Of a stretch of 24,249 bases of DNA, positions 15,919 to 23,478 are shown piece after piece; position 1 is the stretch's first letter, and the number at the start of each line of letters is the position of its first letter. The position numbers and the translations under genes are program-made. The notes below the pieces were generated by a model. That model was not told the DNA's origin. It ran no database searches and saw nothing but the letters and a program-made list of their open reading frames with translations. Source of the stretch: a virus (taxonomy: Duplodnaviria; Caudoviricetes). The stretch spans positions 1-24,249 of IMG/VR virus record IMGVR_UViG_3300014656_000137. One strand, written 5' to 3'.

Positions 15919-18004
15919 ATTCTTTCCTGACGACCGGCAGGATGGAACATCGTCAGTTGATATCCTCCTCCGGCAGGCCGATGTTTCCAGGCGCAGGTCC
16001 CCGCCCCGCCCCCACATGAAAATCCTCGTCGATGGGGATGGCGCCGTTGCCGGTGTATCGGTTCTCGGCGTCCTGGTGCGTGGGCCGCGCTCCGGGGCCT
16101 GCGATCCACTCTTTTTTCGCCACGACGCCGCTCTGCTTATAGCCCTCGAACGTGCCGAAATTGACCCCGGCGTTGGTCTCGGTCTGGGCGATCCGGAGGG
16201 ACCGCACCTTGTCGGCGTTGTCGAACACCTGGTTGATCCTCGCCGCCATCTGCTGCATGGTCTCGCCGGACTCAAACCCCTGCCTGAGCTGATCCCTGAG
16301 CAGGTCCTGGGTGGTCCGGTTCGCGTCTCTGATCCTGGCCAGGTGATCCCCCAGGTATCTCCTGGCGCGCTCGGAATAGAGGTCGAAAACGATGTCCTGG
16401 GCGCCCACCTGGTTGAGGGCCAGCTCTCCCGCAAATATCAGGTTGTTTTCGAGATAGGGCCTTGCCGCGTCGGTAAGCTCGGTGTCCGCCGCCTGGATAT
16501 TGAATAAAATCCGCTCGGTCATGTCCTTGTGCTCGTCGAGCCAGAGTTTCGTTTTCTTGATTGACATACCCGCCAGGACGCCCTCGATCCTCGGGAATAC
16601 CTGATCCAGGTTCCGGAGGGTCTCCTGTTTTTGTTTGTTAAACAGCTTGCGAAGCCTGGCGCGGAATGGCCTGATGCGGCTCGCGACGCGCCGGTCATGG
16701 GTCAGCCTGGTGCGGTCGCGGGAGGCCTTCGGGATCACCGGGTCCAATTCCGGTTTGACCGGTGCTGCATCGACCGATAGGGTCGCCTCCGGGTTCAGCT
16801 CGTAGGGTGATTCGCCGTACTGGATCTCGGCGATGGATATCCAGGGGACATTCCCCCATTCCACGTCCTCCAGCCCGATCTTCTGCCGCTCCTCGTTGAT
16901 GGAGGTCACCTTGTTCCGCAGGTTGCTCTCCCGCTCGCGGAGATCGAAATCCTCATCGCGCGGCACGCACTCGTCATGCAGGAGGTAAAGCCTGGGGTCG
17001 AAATCGGCTGCCAGAAAACGGGAGACCGTCTCGTCGAAAAACCCGAGCTTGGGCTTGATGCACTCGGAATTGAACGTGATATCCAGGGCCACGCCGTTGG
17101 CTCTGTTCACATCCGCCACCGTCCCCAGCTTGCCGGGCGGTACGTTGTAGGCCTCCAGGATATCCTCCTTGGTCCAGTTGGCCAGGCTCACGAACTCCAT
17201 ATCCTTGGCGTTGGAGCTCAAAATGTTAGCCTTGAGGCCCTTATCCAGGACGGCCGGTTCCCAGGACCTGTTGACGCCCTGGTGCACCCCCTTCCACTCG
17301 ATCAGGAGCCTGCGGGCGTCCTCCGGGCTGATCTCCTGGTCGCTCTCGAAAATCATGTCGGGACGTGCGCTGTTCTGGAAAAAGTTGCGCTGGTAGATCC
17401 GCGATGCCAGGTCAATGTCATAGCTGTAGGCCATCGCCTGGATCGGGCTCGCCCCCTCCAGCCAGTAGATGGGGTGCGGATAATGGAAATAGACGATCTC
17501 CGATGGGGCGTAATTGACGGCGGCGCCCGTGTCGGTCAGGAATTCATAGGACACCAGCTCGCTGCGGGTATCGTTCAGGACGAACCGGGAGAAGAGGGCC
17601 GGAGACAGGGGCCACAACTCCGCAGGCCTGCCCAGGCCGTTTCGAACCTTTAGCCAGAAGGCCATCCCGGTGAGATCCATGTGCATCTGGGTGATGGCGA
17701 TGAGAAACGCCCCGCTCATGTAGGGATTGGGCGACCATAAAAGATCCAGGAGCGGGTGGCGTGTCACCTCCTCGTCATCCTCGTTTCTCTCCACATACAG
17801 CCTATAGGGTATGGACATGACGCGGCGGTAGATGACGCTCACGCATTTGTACACGTGGTTCTGGTAGGCCTTGAGCTGCTCGGTCCGGCTCCCCACGTTG
17901 GTCCAGCCTAAAAACCCGCCATAGCCGCCGCCGGATCCCGAGGCCCCAGGGATCTTGATCCATCCGCGGCGCGCCATCCATTGCTCTATTATGCGTTTGA
18001 TCAT
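15917..18004 (-). CDS. HK97-family portal protein fused to a MuF/SPP1-gp7 head morphogenesis domain; in-frame TGA at 15953-15955 probably decoded as selenocysteine
   Basis: Portal motifs (HPLLDLL..PNP, GASPIQA, NFFQNSARP, INEERQKIGL) followed by MuF motifs (RSLRIAQTET, KKEWIA...R-TH). Ends EDIN-TGA-RCSILPVVRKE-TAA. Confidence 0.9.
15920..15955 (-). promoter_or_regulatory. Candidate bacterial SECIS hairpin directly 3' of UGA
   Basis: UGA CGAUG UUC CA UCCUG C CGGUC G U CAGGA AA GAA. Stem UCCUG/CAGGA starts at +11, with a GGUC-containing apical loop at +17 to +21. Confidence 0.6.
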
Positions 18005-18010
18005 CGTGTC

Positions 18011-18040
18011 CCTATCTGCGTTCGGAAACGCACAGGCAGG
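18011..18040. repeat. 30-bp palindromic element, copy 2
   Basis: cctatctgcgttcggaaacgcacaggcagg inserted in gtgtc^cgtgtccgtg. Confidence 0.9.
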
Positions 18041-18058
18041 CGTGTCCGTGATTTTTTG

Positions 18059-19594
18059 TCATGCCGCCTGCCTCTCTCTTTCGGCTGCCAGTAGGCCCGC
18101 TAATGTATAAATATTAGGCGCCATCCCTCCCTGCAACCCGGCCACCGCCCCCTCCAGCGCGTCCGGGCCGTCATCGTTGACGTTGGCATCCATGATGTAA
18201 ATAAGCTGCTCCACCAGCAGGTCCTGATCGCTGTTTCCCCGCACGAACCGCAATTTCCCGAACTCCACCAGGGGGGATATCCGGTTGATGATCCGGGCGA
18301 TCTTGTCCGTGGCGTGATTGATCTTATTGAGCCGCACAAAACTACCCACACGCTCCGCGTGGCTGCGGTATGAATCGATCAGGAAATCCTGAAACATATT
18401 GATCTCGATGCCCATCGCGCAGCCGAACTCCTCGCAGACCTGCCACACCCTCACCCACATCTCATTGACCGTGGCGTGCCTGATCCAGGCATGGAGCACG
18501 TCCATTTTGCCGGTGTCTTGTGCCTTGCCCACCGCCACGATCGCCTTGTAATCATTGGTCTCCCCGCTCTTGCCGGAGGGATCCAGGAAACTGGATATGG
18601 CCCAGGTCTTCCGGATCAACAATTCAACCGCAGGAACGTAGATAATCCAGTCCTCCTTGATGGGGCTGTCCTCGGCGCCCACCAGGTTGCGCATCTCCTT
18701 GTTGAACCGCACCGTCCCCATCTGGCGACGGCGCCGCTCGATCCGCTCCTCCGGCCACAGCCCAGGCCAAAGGGGCCGCTGCTCCGGCTTCTTGTAGTCG
18801 ATCCAGCAGTCATAAACCCTTGCGTGCGGATAGAGCTTTCCCCCGGTCTCCTCGTCGATCATGTTGATGAGCTGGGAGAGCACGGATCTGGGCGAGAACA
18901 GATTGCCCACCATGAGCATGCTGTACCCGTCTGCCAGCGATCCCAACACGGCCATGAGCAACCAGTCCAGGGCCTCCTTGACCAGCTTCGGGTTTTTGAC
19001 GTTCTTGTCGTTCTCCAGGTCGTCGATGATCACCCGGTCGGGCCTGTATTGCATATTCTTCAACCCACGCACCTTTTCGCCCCGGCCCCTGGCCAGGATC
19101 CGCACGCCGGCGGCGGTCGTGAAATCCGCATCACGCCATTTGCGGCCCCTGAACTCCCCGAAATCATGAATCAGCCGGGGGTTCTCCTCCAGCTCGATCT
19201 TGATCGGCAGGGTGAAGCCCGTGGCCTGGTCGTTGGAATCCGACACGATCATCACGAAATGTTTCATTGCGAAGGCGGCGTCATGGATCGGCACGCCGAA
19301 TGAATAAAAGGTCGATTTCGCGTGCTCCCTGGGCGCTGCCACCGGCACGATCTCGTCGTGGATATCCGCCAGGTCGCTCCACTCCTCATGAAACGGCTCA
19401 AAGGGTTTGGAGAAATAGTGCGGCAGATAGGTCTTGAAAAAGAAGAGCCGGTCCCACCGCGCTCGATCCTTGCGCTCGGCCTGCTTCTCCGTCGTGTCGG
19501 CATCAAACGGCGATACGCTCGCCTTGATCCACTCGCGGAGATCCGATGCCCATTGATCGAACTTATATTCAGTGAGCCTGGGCCGCTTTTTCAT
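18059..19594 (-). CDS. terL: Terminase large subunit
   Basis: Walker A-like APREHAKST, Walker B IIDDLE, nuclease acidic motifs FLDPS...DYKA and DDGPDALEGA. Confidence 0.93.
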   Translation of the reverse strand: MKKRPRLTEYKFDQWASDLREWIKASVSPFDADTTEKQAERKDRARWDRLFFFKTYLPHYFSKPFEPFHEEWSDLADIHDEIVPVAAPREHAKSTFYSFGVPIHDAAFAMKHFVMIVSDSNDQATGFTLPIKIELEENPRLIHDFGEFRGRKWRDADFTTAAGVRILARGRGEKVRGLKNMQYRPDRVIIDDLENDKNVKNPKLVKEALDWLLMAVLGSLADGYSMLMVGNLFSPRSVLSQLINMIDEETGGKLYPHARVYDCWIDYKKPEQRPLWPGLWPEERIERRRRQMGTVRFNKEMRNLVGAEDSPIKEDWIIYVPAVELLIRKTWAISSFLDPSGKSGETNDYKAIVAVGKAQDTGKMDVLHAWIRHATVNEMWVRVWQVCEEFGCAMGIEINMFQDFLIDSYRSHAERVGSFVRLNKINHATDKIARIINRISPLVEFGKLRFVRGNSDQDLLVEQLIYIMDANVNDDGPDALEGAVAGLQGGMAPNIYTLAGLLAAERERQAA

Positions 19595-20039
19595 GCCTCT
19601 CCTTGAAACGCTCTACAATGATCTCAAACGATCTTGCCAGTATTTTAAGCCCTTCCGGATCGATATCCTTCAGGGTCTCGATGATAAACTCCACGTTTTC
19701 CAGAAACAGCTTCGGGCGGTCGATCTCCGCCGCCGGTCCGACGTCCTTCTTCGTTCGGGATGCCATCGCCTCCAGCCTTGTCGCCGCGTAAATGTCCTGG
19801 GGGTCCAGGCTTTGCAGGGCCTTGGCGATCAAATTCTTCCGGAGGGTCACGGTATTCCTCTTGATGGCGGAGATGGATTTCCGGTACTCCATCCGCTTCT
19901 CGACCCACCCGTCCTCGGCCGACCAGTTGCTCACCGTTCGCTCCGGGACGTCCACCTCCCTGGCCACCTGCTCCAGGGTCATGCCGTCCAGGACAAACAG
20001 CTCCTCCGCCTGCTCCCTGACCTCCTGATCGTGGGCCAT
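19569..20039 (-). CDS. Probable terminase small subunit, HTH (DUF1804-like, as in Mu-like prophages)
   Basis: AEELFV..GMTLEQVAREVDVPERTVSNW..EDGW HTH. Overlaps the terL start. Confidence 0.75.
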   Translation of the reverse strand: MAHDQEVREQAEELFVLDGMTLEQVAREVDVPERTVSNWSAEDGWVEKRMEYRKSISAIKRNTVTLRKNLIAKALQSLDPQDIYAATRLEAMASRTKKDVGPAAEIDRPKLFLENVEFIIETLKDIDPEGLKILARSFEIIVERFKERHEKAAQAH

Positions 20040-20042
20040 ATA

Positions 20043-20291
20043 TTATTCTTCTCTCCCCAAGGCCTTCTTGATCGATTCAATGACGGCCAGCGCCGCCCTG
20101 TATCCGCCCTGTGTCTTTGCGAATTCGAGGGCCTCGCTCGCGATAACATCGCCGTCGATATCAAACACGTCCTCGAACGGGTCCAGTTTGTCCCTCAGCG
20201 CGTCCTTGAGCCCGATGAGCCTCAGCCTCAGCCGCTCGGCATCCATCCTTTTCTCCTGGAGCCGCCCCTGGAATTTCAGCCGCTCATTCAT
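20043..20291 (-). CDS. Small helical hypothetical protein
   Basis: 82 aa, coupled to the upstream gene by an ATGA overlap. Confidence 0.75.
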   Translation of the reverse strand: MNERLKFQGRLQEKRMDAERLRLRLIGLKDALRDKLDPFEDVFDIDGDVIASEALEFAKTQGGYRAALAVIESIKKALGREE

Positions 20292-20626
20292 TCGACCCTC
20301 CCAGGTGATAATTTTTCCAGCCGTATGGCCGGGCAGAACTGGTTCGTTTTTATGGCCTGCACCAGTTCAGTATTGACCTGTATGTTGAGCATAATCACGT
20401 CCTTGAGATCCCGCGCCATATTCTCGTAATTTTTCACCAGCATAGCGTTGTTTTCGTACATCACCACGACCGCATCGAAACGCTTGCGATAGGACCAGGC
20501 AAGCATGACGCTGAGGAGCCACGGCCCGATGATGATCACAAAAAACAACAGCCCGAACGGCCAACCGGCCATCTTATCCATGATCGACAATAACGATGTC
20601 AGTGCCACAATCTGATCCGGGCTCAT
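20288..20626 (-). CDS. Membrane protein with a C-terminal coiled coil (lysis-module/holin-like)
   Basis: One clear TM segment (WPFGLLFFVIIIGPWLLSVMLAW). TAATG overlap at 20626. Confidence 0.7.
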   Translation of the reverse strand: MSPDQIVALTSLLSIMDKMAGWPFGLLFFVIIIGPWLLSVMLAWSYRKRFDAVVVMYENNAMLVKNYENMARDLKDVIMLNIQVNTELVQAIKTNQFCPAIRLEKLSPGRVE

Positions 20627-20856
20627 TATTTCCCCCCCTTGCACTCTTCCAGATCGCGTTTCAGTTCCATCTCAAACCGGTACCGCTCCTGCAGCCACGC
20701 GGGCGACACCTCGTAATTGCCGTTAGGGAGCGGCCTGACCATCCGGTCCGCCGGGATCACCGTCACCCTTCGGGCGCAACTCGTTAAAGGCACGGCTGAT
20801 CCGCTCAGCATCGCCGCGAGCAATAGCGCCGTCCATATCCTCGATGGCCGCCTCAT
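20626..20856 (-). CDS. Outer-membrane spanin (Rz1-like lipoprotein)
   Basis: Lipoprotein signal ending LTSC. Overlaps the i-spanin gene in another frame. Confidence 0.75.
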   Translation of the reverse strand: MRRPSRIWTALLLAAMLSGSAVPLTSCARRVTVIPADRMVRPLPNGNYEVSPAWLQERYRFEMELKRDLEECKGGK

Positions 20857-20947
20857 AATACCGCCGCCTCCGGTTCTGTTGGCTCCAGATATCCGCCAGG
20901 ATCGGCAGGATGAGCCCCAGCAGCATGGCCGTGACTTCCCACCACAC
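20723..20947 (-). CDS. Inner-membrane spanin (Rz-like)
   Basis: N-terminal TM plus short helical domain. Lies between the holin and the lipoprotein and overlaps the latter. Confidence 0.7.
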   Translation of the reverse strand: MWWEVTAMLLGLILPILADIWSQQNRRRRYYEAAIEDMDGAIARGDAERISRAFNELRPKGDGDPGGPDGQAAP

Positions 20948-21339
20948 TACGGCTCCTTTATGCCGGAAACGGCCTGCTCGATCTTGCCGCCGAGATATTG
21001 CTCAAGGTTCTTGATCCCCGCAGTCGCCATGACGCCGAGGGCCTGGGGTATTTGGCTCATAATCCGGGTCTTTGCCAGAGACTTCAATTCGCGGGCCTCC
21101 TCCTGGCTCAGCTTGCCGTCCGTCATGTATTTCCGGATCTCTTTTTCAATTTCCCGAACCGTCGTCTCCGTCACCTCGCTCACCTGCAGGAGCGCCGTCT
21201 CCAGCGTCTCGTTCTCGATCTTCACCCGGATCCAGTCGTTCAGCCGCTTCATGGCCAGCCCGAAAAGCGCCGCCAGGATCCCGATCACCGCCGGCAAGAT
21301 CGCCGCAATGATCTGTGACATAATGCTGTTTGTTTCCAT
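20947..21339 (-). CDS. Holin (LL-H-like single-TM type)
   Basis: N-terminal TM, then V..VE...DGKL...A...IEQAV pattern. Located in the lysis cassette. Confidence 0.7.
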   Translation of the reverse strand: METNSIMSQIIAAILPAVIGILAALFGLAMKRLNDWIRVKIENETLETALLQVSEVTETTVREIEKEIRKYMTDGKLSQEEARELKSLAKTRIMSQIPQALGVMATAGIKNLEQYLGGKIEQAVSGIKEP

Positions 21340-21370
21340 CAAATTTCCCTCCGAAAACCATCATTGATCA

Positions 21371-21928
21371 TTAAATCCCCCGCTTCACCTGCCCCAGCCA
21401 GTAATTGATCTCCCGCTCGAACCGGGCCTGCGCCTCTTTCTGTGCCGGGTCAAACCATTCCCGATTCAACAACCCTTCCGGGTATTGCGGCATCACGATA
21501 AGATTGTCCCTGCCTACAATGGTATAATCACGGGACCAGCTATCTAAAAACCCGTCCATGTCCATGTCCACAAAGATCCAGATCACAAATCCCCGGTTGT
21601 CCCCAGACACAAACTCCTGATATTCCTTGATCACGATCGTCAGATAGGCCGCCCAGGGGTTTTGCTCGTTGTAGGTAGCCGTCACAAAATGGAGATCATA
21701 GCGCCAGTCAAAATTATCATGCTCGGCGCGGTTCTCCTTACTCGCAATCGTGATGTGAATGACATCGGGGATTCGCGCGTCGGGCGCGGTCCTTTTTTCA
21801 AGTGCCTTCGAATCGGGCGACCGGATGAAATCATAAATCATGCGCATACCATCGGCATCCGCCGCAATAGCGACCCCCGCCCACAAAACCAGCGCCACGA
21901 TCACCATCACCGGTAAATACTTCTTCAT
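21371..21928 (-). CDS. Secreted protein of unknown function inserted in the lysis cassette
   Basis: Clear Sec signal MKKYLPVMVIVALVLWAGVAIA. DMDMDG Ca-binding-like motif. Confidence 0.75.
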   Translation of the reverse strand: MKKYLPVMVIVALVLWAGVAIAADADGMRMIYDFIRSPDSKALEKRTAPDARIPDVIHITIASKENRAEHDNFDWRYDLHFVTATYNEQNPWAAYLTIVIKEYQEFVSGDNRGFVIWIFVDMDMDGFLDSWSRDYTIVGRDNLIVMPQYPEGLLNREWFDPAQKEAQARFEREINYWLGQVKRGI

Positions 21929-21975
21929 TTTTTATTGCCTCTAACCTCCAACCTCAAACCTATGGCCGCTCTGCT

Positions 21976-22524
21976 CTACTTCAGCACCCTCCCGATAAAC
22001 CCCCGGAGCTGTTTCGGGTTCGTGCCATAGTAATAATTAATAATGAGGAGTTGCAGCTTGCAGTGCAGCAATGCCATGTCAGGATGATTATTAATAGCGT
22101 CGATGCTGCGAGGGCCGAGAATGCCGTCGATCTTGAGATTCGATCCCCCTGATTTAAAGACCGCCACCTGCAACAATGAATTTGCCGCCCTCGGATTCTT
22201 ATGGACAGCGAACTCGAAAACCTCCCGCCTGACATCCTCATCGATGATCGTTGAATAATGCGGCGTCCAGTACTCCTCGAGATAAAACCGCCGCGCCTCG
22301 TCCTCCTGCTCTTCCTCCGGGAGGTCAAAAATTTTGGCCTCCGGGTGCCACCTTATCGATATCCCGTAACGGGTCTCCCCGCCCGGATCAGCAGGATCAT
22401 TCGAATATTTCCCCTCTAATTCGATGAGGTGATCAAAATCGCCTGAAAATCTCTCATTATCCTCCAACCTCTGACCTCCAACCTCCAACCGTTTAACCGT
22501 ATAAATTCCTGGCGATTCGCTCAT
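21976..22524 (-). CDS. Endolysin, glycoside hydrolase family 108 with a peptidoglycan-binding C-terminus (start uncertain)
   Basis: EGKYSNDPADPGGETRYGIS catalytic motif, FY...YW and DGILGPRS motifs. Confidence 0.9.
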   Translation of the reverse strand: MSESPGIYTVKRLEVGGQRLEDNERFSGDFDHLIELEGKYSNDPADPGGETRYGISIRWHPEAKIFDLPEEEQEDEARRFYLEEYWTPHYSTIIDEDVRREVFEFAVHKNPRAANSLLQVAVFKSGGSNLKIDGILGPRSIDAINNHPDMALLHCKLQLLIINYYYGTNPKQLRGFIGRVLK

Positions 22525-22636
22525 AACCCCTCGTCAACCACCTGACCCATTTTTTCCTCAGATGCAAATCCATCAACCGGCAGTAGACATGCAGCGCGTT
22601 GAATTTATGCTGCATCCACATCCTCATTATCCTCAT
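22493..22636 (-). CDS. Small 47-aa hypothetical protein (below the ORF-track cutoff)
   Basis: Hand translation gives MRIMRMWMQHKFNALHVYCRLMDLHLRKKWVRWLTRGYERIARNLYG. Fills the gap before the endolysin. Confidence 0.6.
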   Translation of the reverse strand: MRIMRMWMQHKFNALHVYCRLMDLHLRKKWVRWLTRGYERIARNLYG

Positions 22637-22670
22637 TTATTCTTTGCGGCCTCTGCGCCTTTGCGAGCAA

Positions 22671-23000
22671 TTATTCTTCCTTCGGATCCAGATGAAGCCC
22701 CGGCGGATCTCTTTTAATAAACCGCCTCCAAAAATACCGCACCCTCTCCGGATTCAGGCTCATCACCAGGGCGCCGATCCCTCCCAGCAGCGGCACAAAC
22801 AACTGAGCGCAAAACGCCTTCATCTCCCGCCAGATCATATTTTTCGCCGTATCATCCAGGTGGTACAATTCATGCACGATCACACTCATTCTAACCCATT
22901 TCGGCAAATCCTCCCGGACAAACACTATCCGCGACAGCGGCAGGGCCCACCCAAAATAAGGCCCCATCTTCCCTTTTTCTTTAAACCTAATTTCGATCAT
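22671..23000 (-). CDS. Small HExxH (zincin-like) protein with a C-terminal hydrophobic segment
   Basis: IVHELYHL followed by a downstream Glu (WREMKA). Start placed at MIEIRF because the upstream extension is repeat DNA. Confidence 0.65.
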   Translation of the reverse strand: MIEIRFKEKGKMGPYFGWALPLSRIVFVREDLPKWVRMSVIVHELYHLDDTAKNMIWREMKAFCAQLFVPLLGGIGALVMSLNPERVRYFWRRFIKRDPPGLHLDPKEE

Positions 23001-23039
23001 TCTCTGCGTCCTCTGCGTCTTTGCGGTGAATCCATTTAT

Positions 23040-23063
23040 GTAGGAGCAGCCTCCCGGCTGCGA
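23040..23063 (+). repeat. GTAG-type REP palindrome
   Basis: GTAGGA GCAGCC TCCC GGCTGC GA, with a compensatory base-pair change relative to the 11799 copy. Confidence 0.8.
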
Positions 23064-23086
23064 TCTCTTTCGTCTCCGGCCCAAAC

Positions 23087-23136
23087 AAAAAACGGCCCAT
23101 GAGCGATCGAGAAAATTTTTCTCGGCTCGTGGGCCG
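23087..23136 (-). terminator. Intrinsic terminator/attenuator ahead of the late operon
   Basis: CGGCCCACGAGC-CGAGAAAAATTTTCTCG-ATC-GCTCATGGGCCG followed by TTTTTT on the coding strand. Confidence 0.75.
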
Positions 23137-23241
23137 CATGGGCCGGAGTTGGTTATTTCGGGGTCCGCATGGGACCGCTGCGCGTTTATAGGCTGCCCTG
23201 GCAGCCGAGTCTACCCATACCGGGTGAGACTCCGCGAATTA

Positions 23242-23275
23242 TGTCAATAATTGCAGGTTACTCCTTGGATGTCAA
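23242..23275 (-). promoter_or_regulatory. Possible sigma70-type late promoter
   Basis: Perfect TTGACA overlapping the Com-like stop codon. The sequence 17 nt downstream (TGC-AATTAT) is only a weak -10 match. Confidence 0.35.
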
Positions 23276-23478
23276 CATTTTTTTAACAGTACCCACTGCT
23301 CGCATTTTGGGCATTTTCGGAGGAATATTTTCCCGTCGGTCTCCCCCAGGGCGAACTTGCACTGGGGGCACAGGTGCGGCGTCAACCCCTGCACCACGGG
23401 CCTGGTTCGGGATCTCCTGGCCGTCCACCCCGGATTGATCCTCGATCTCCAAAACGGCAGCCGCTTCAATTCCCCCAT
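23272..23478 (-). CDS. Com-like Zn-ribbon regulator
   Basis: CPQC...L...KCPKC spacing as in the Mu Com family. Immediately upstream of a structured leader. TAATG overlap. Confidence 0.65.
   Translation of the reverse strand: MGELKRLPFWRSRINPGWTARRSRTRPVVQGLTPHLCPQCKFALGETDGKIFLRKCPKCEQWVLLKKC

Noticed and set aside
15868-16434. N-terminal 189-aa extension of the protease ORF in the ORF track
   Set aside because: It overlaps the portal-MuF gene in another frame and has low-complexity Arg/Ser/Pro composition. A good RBS precedes MEKILK at 15867.
23085-23240. tRNA or known riboswitch in the structured leader
   Set aside because: No cloverleaf with T-loop GTTCRA or recognisable aptamer consensus was seen. 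An Rfam search would be needed to exclude known motifs.
23242-23274. Sec read-through at the TGA after the terminal Cys of the Com-like gene
   Set aside because: Both CxxC pairs are already complete, the extension has no motif, and the TGA is part of a TTGACA box.
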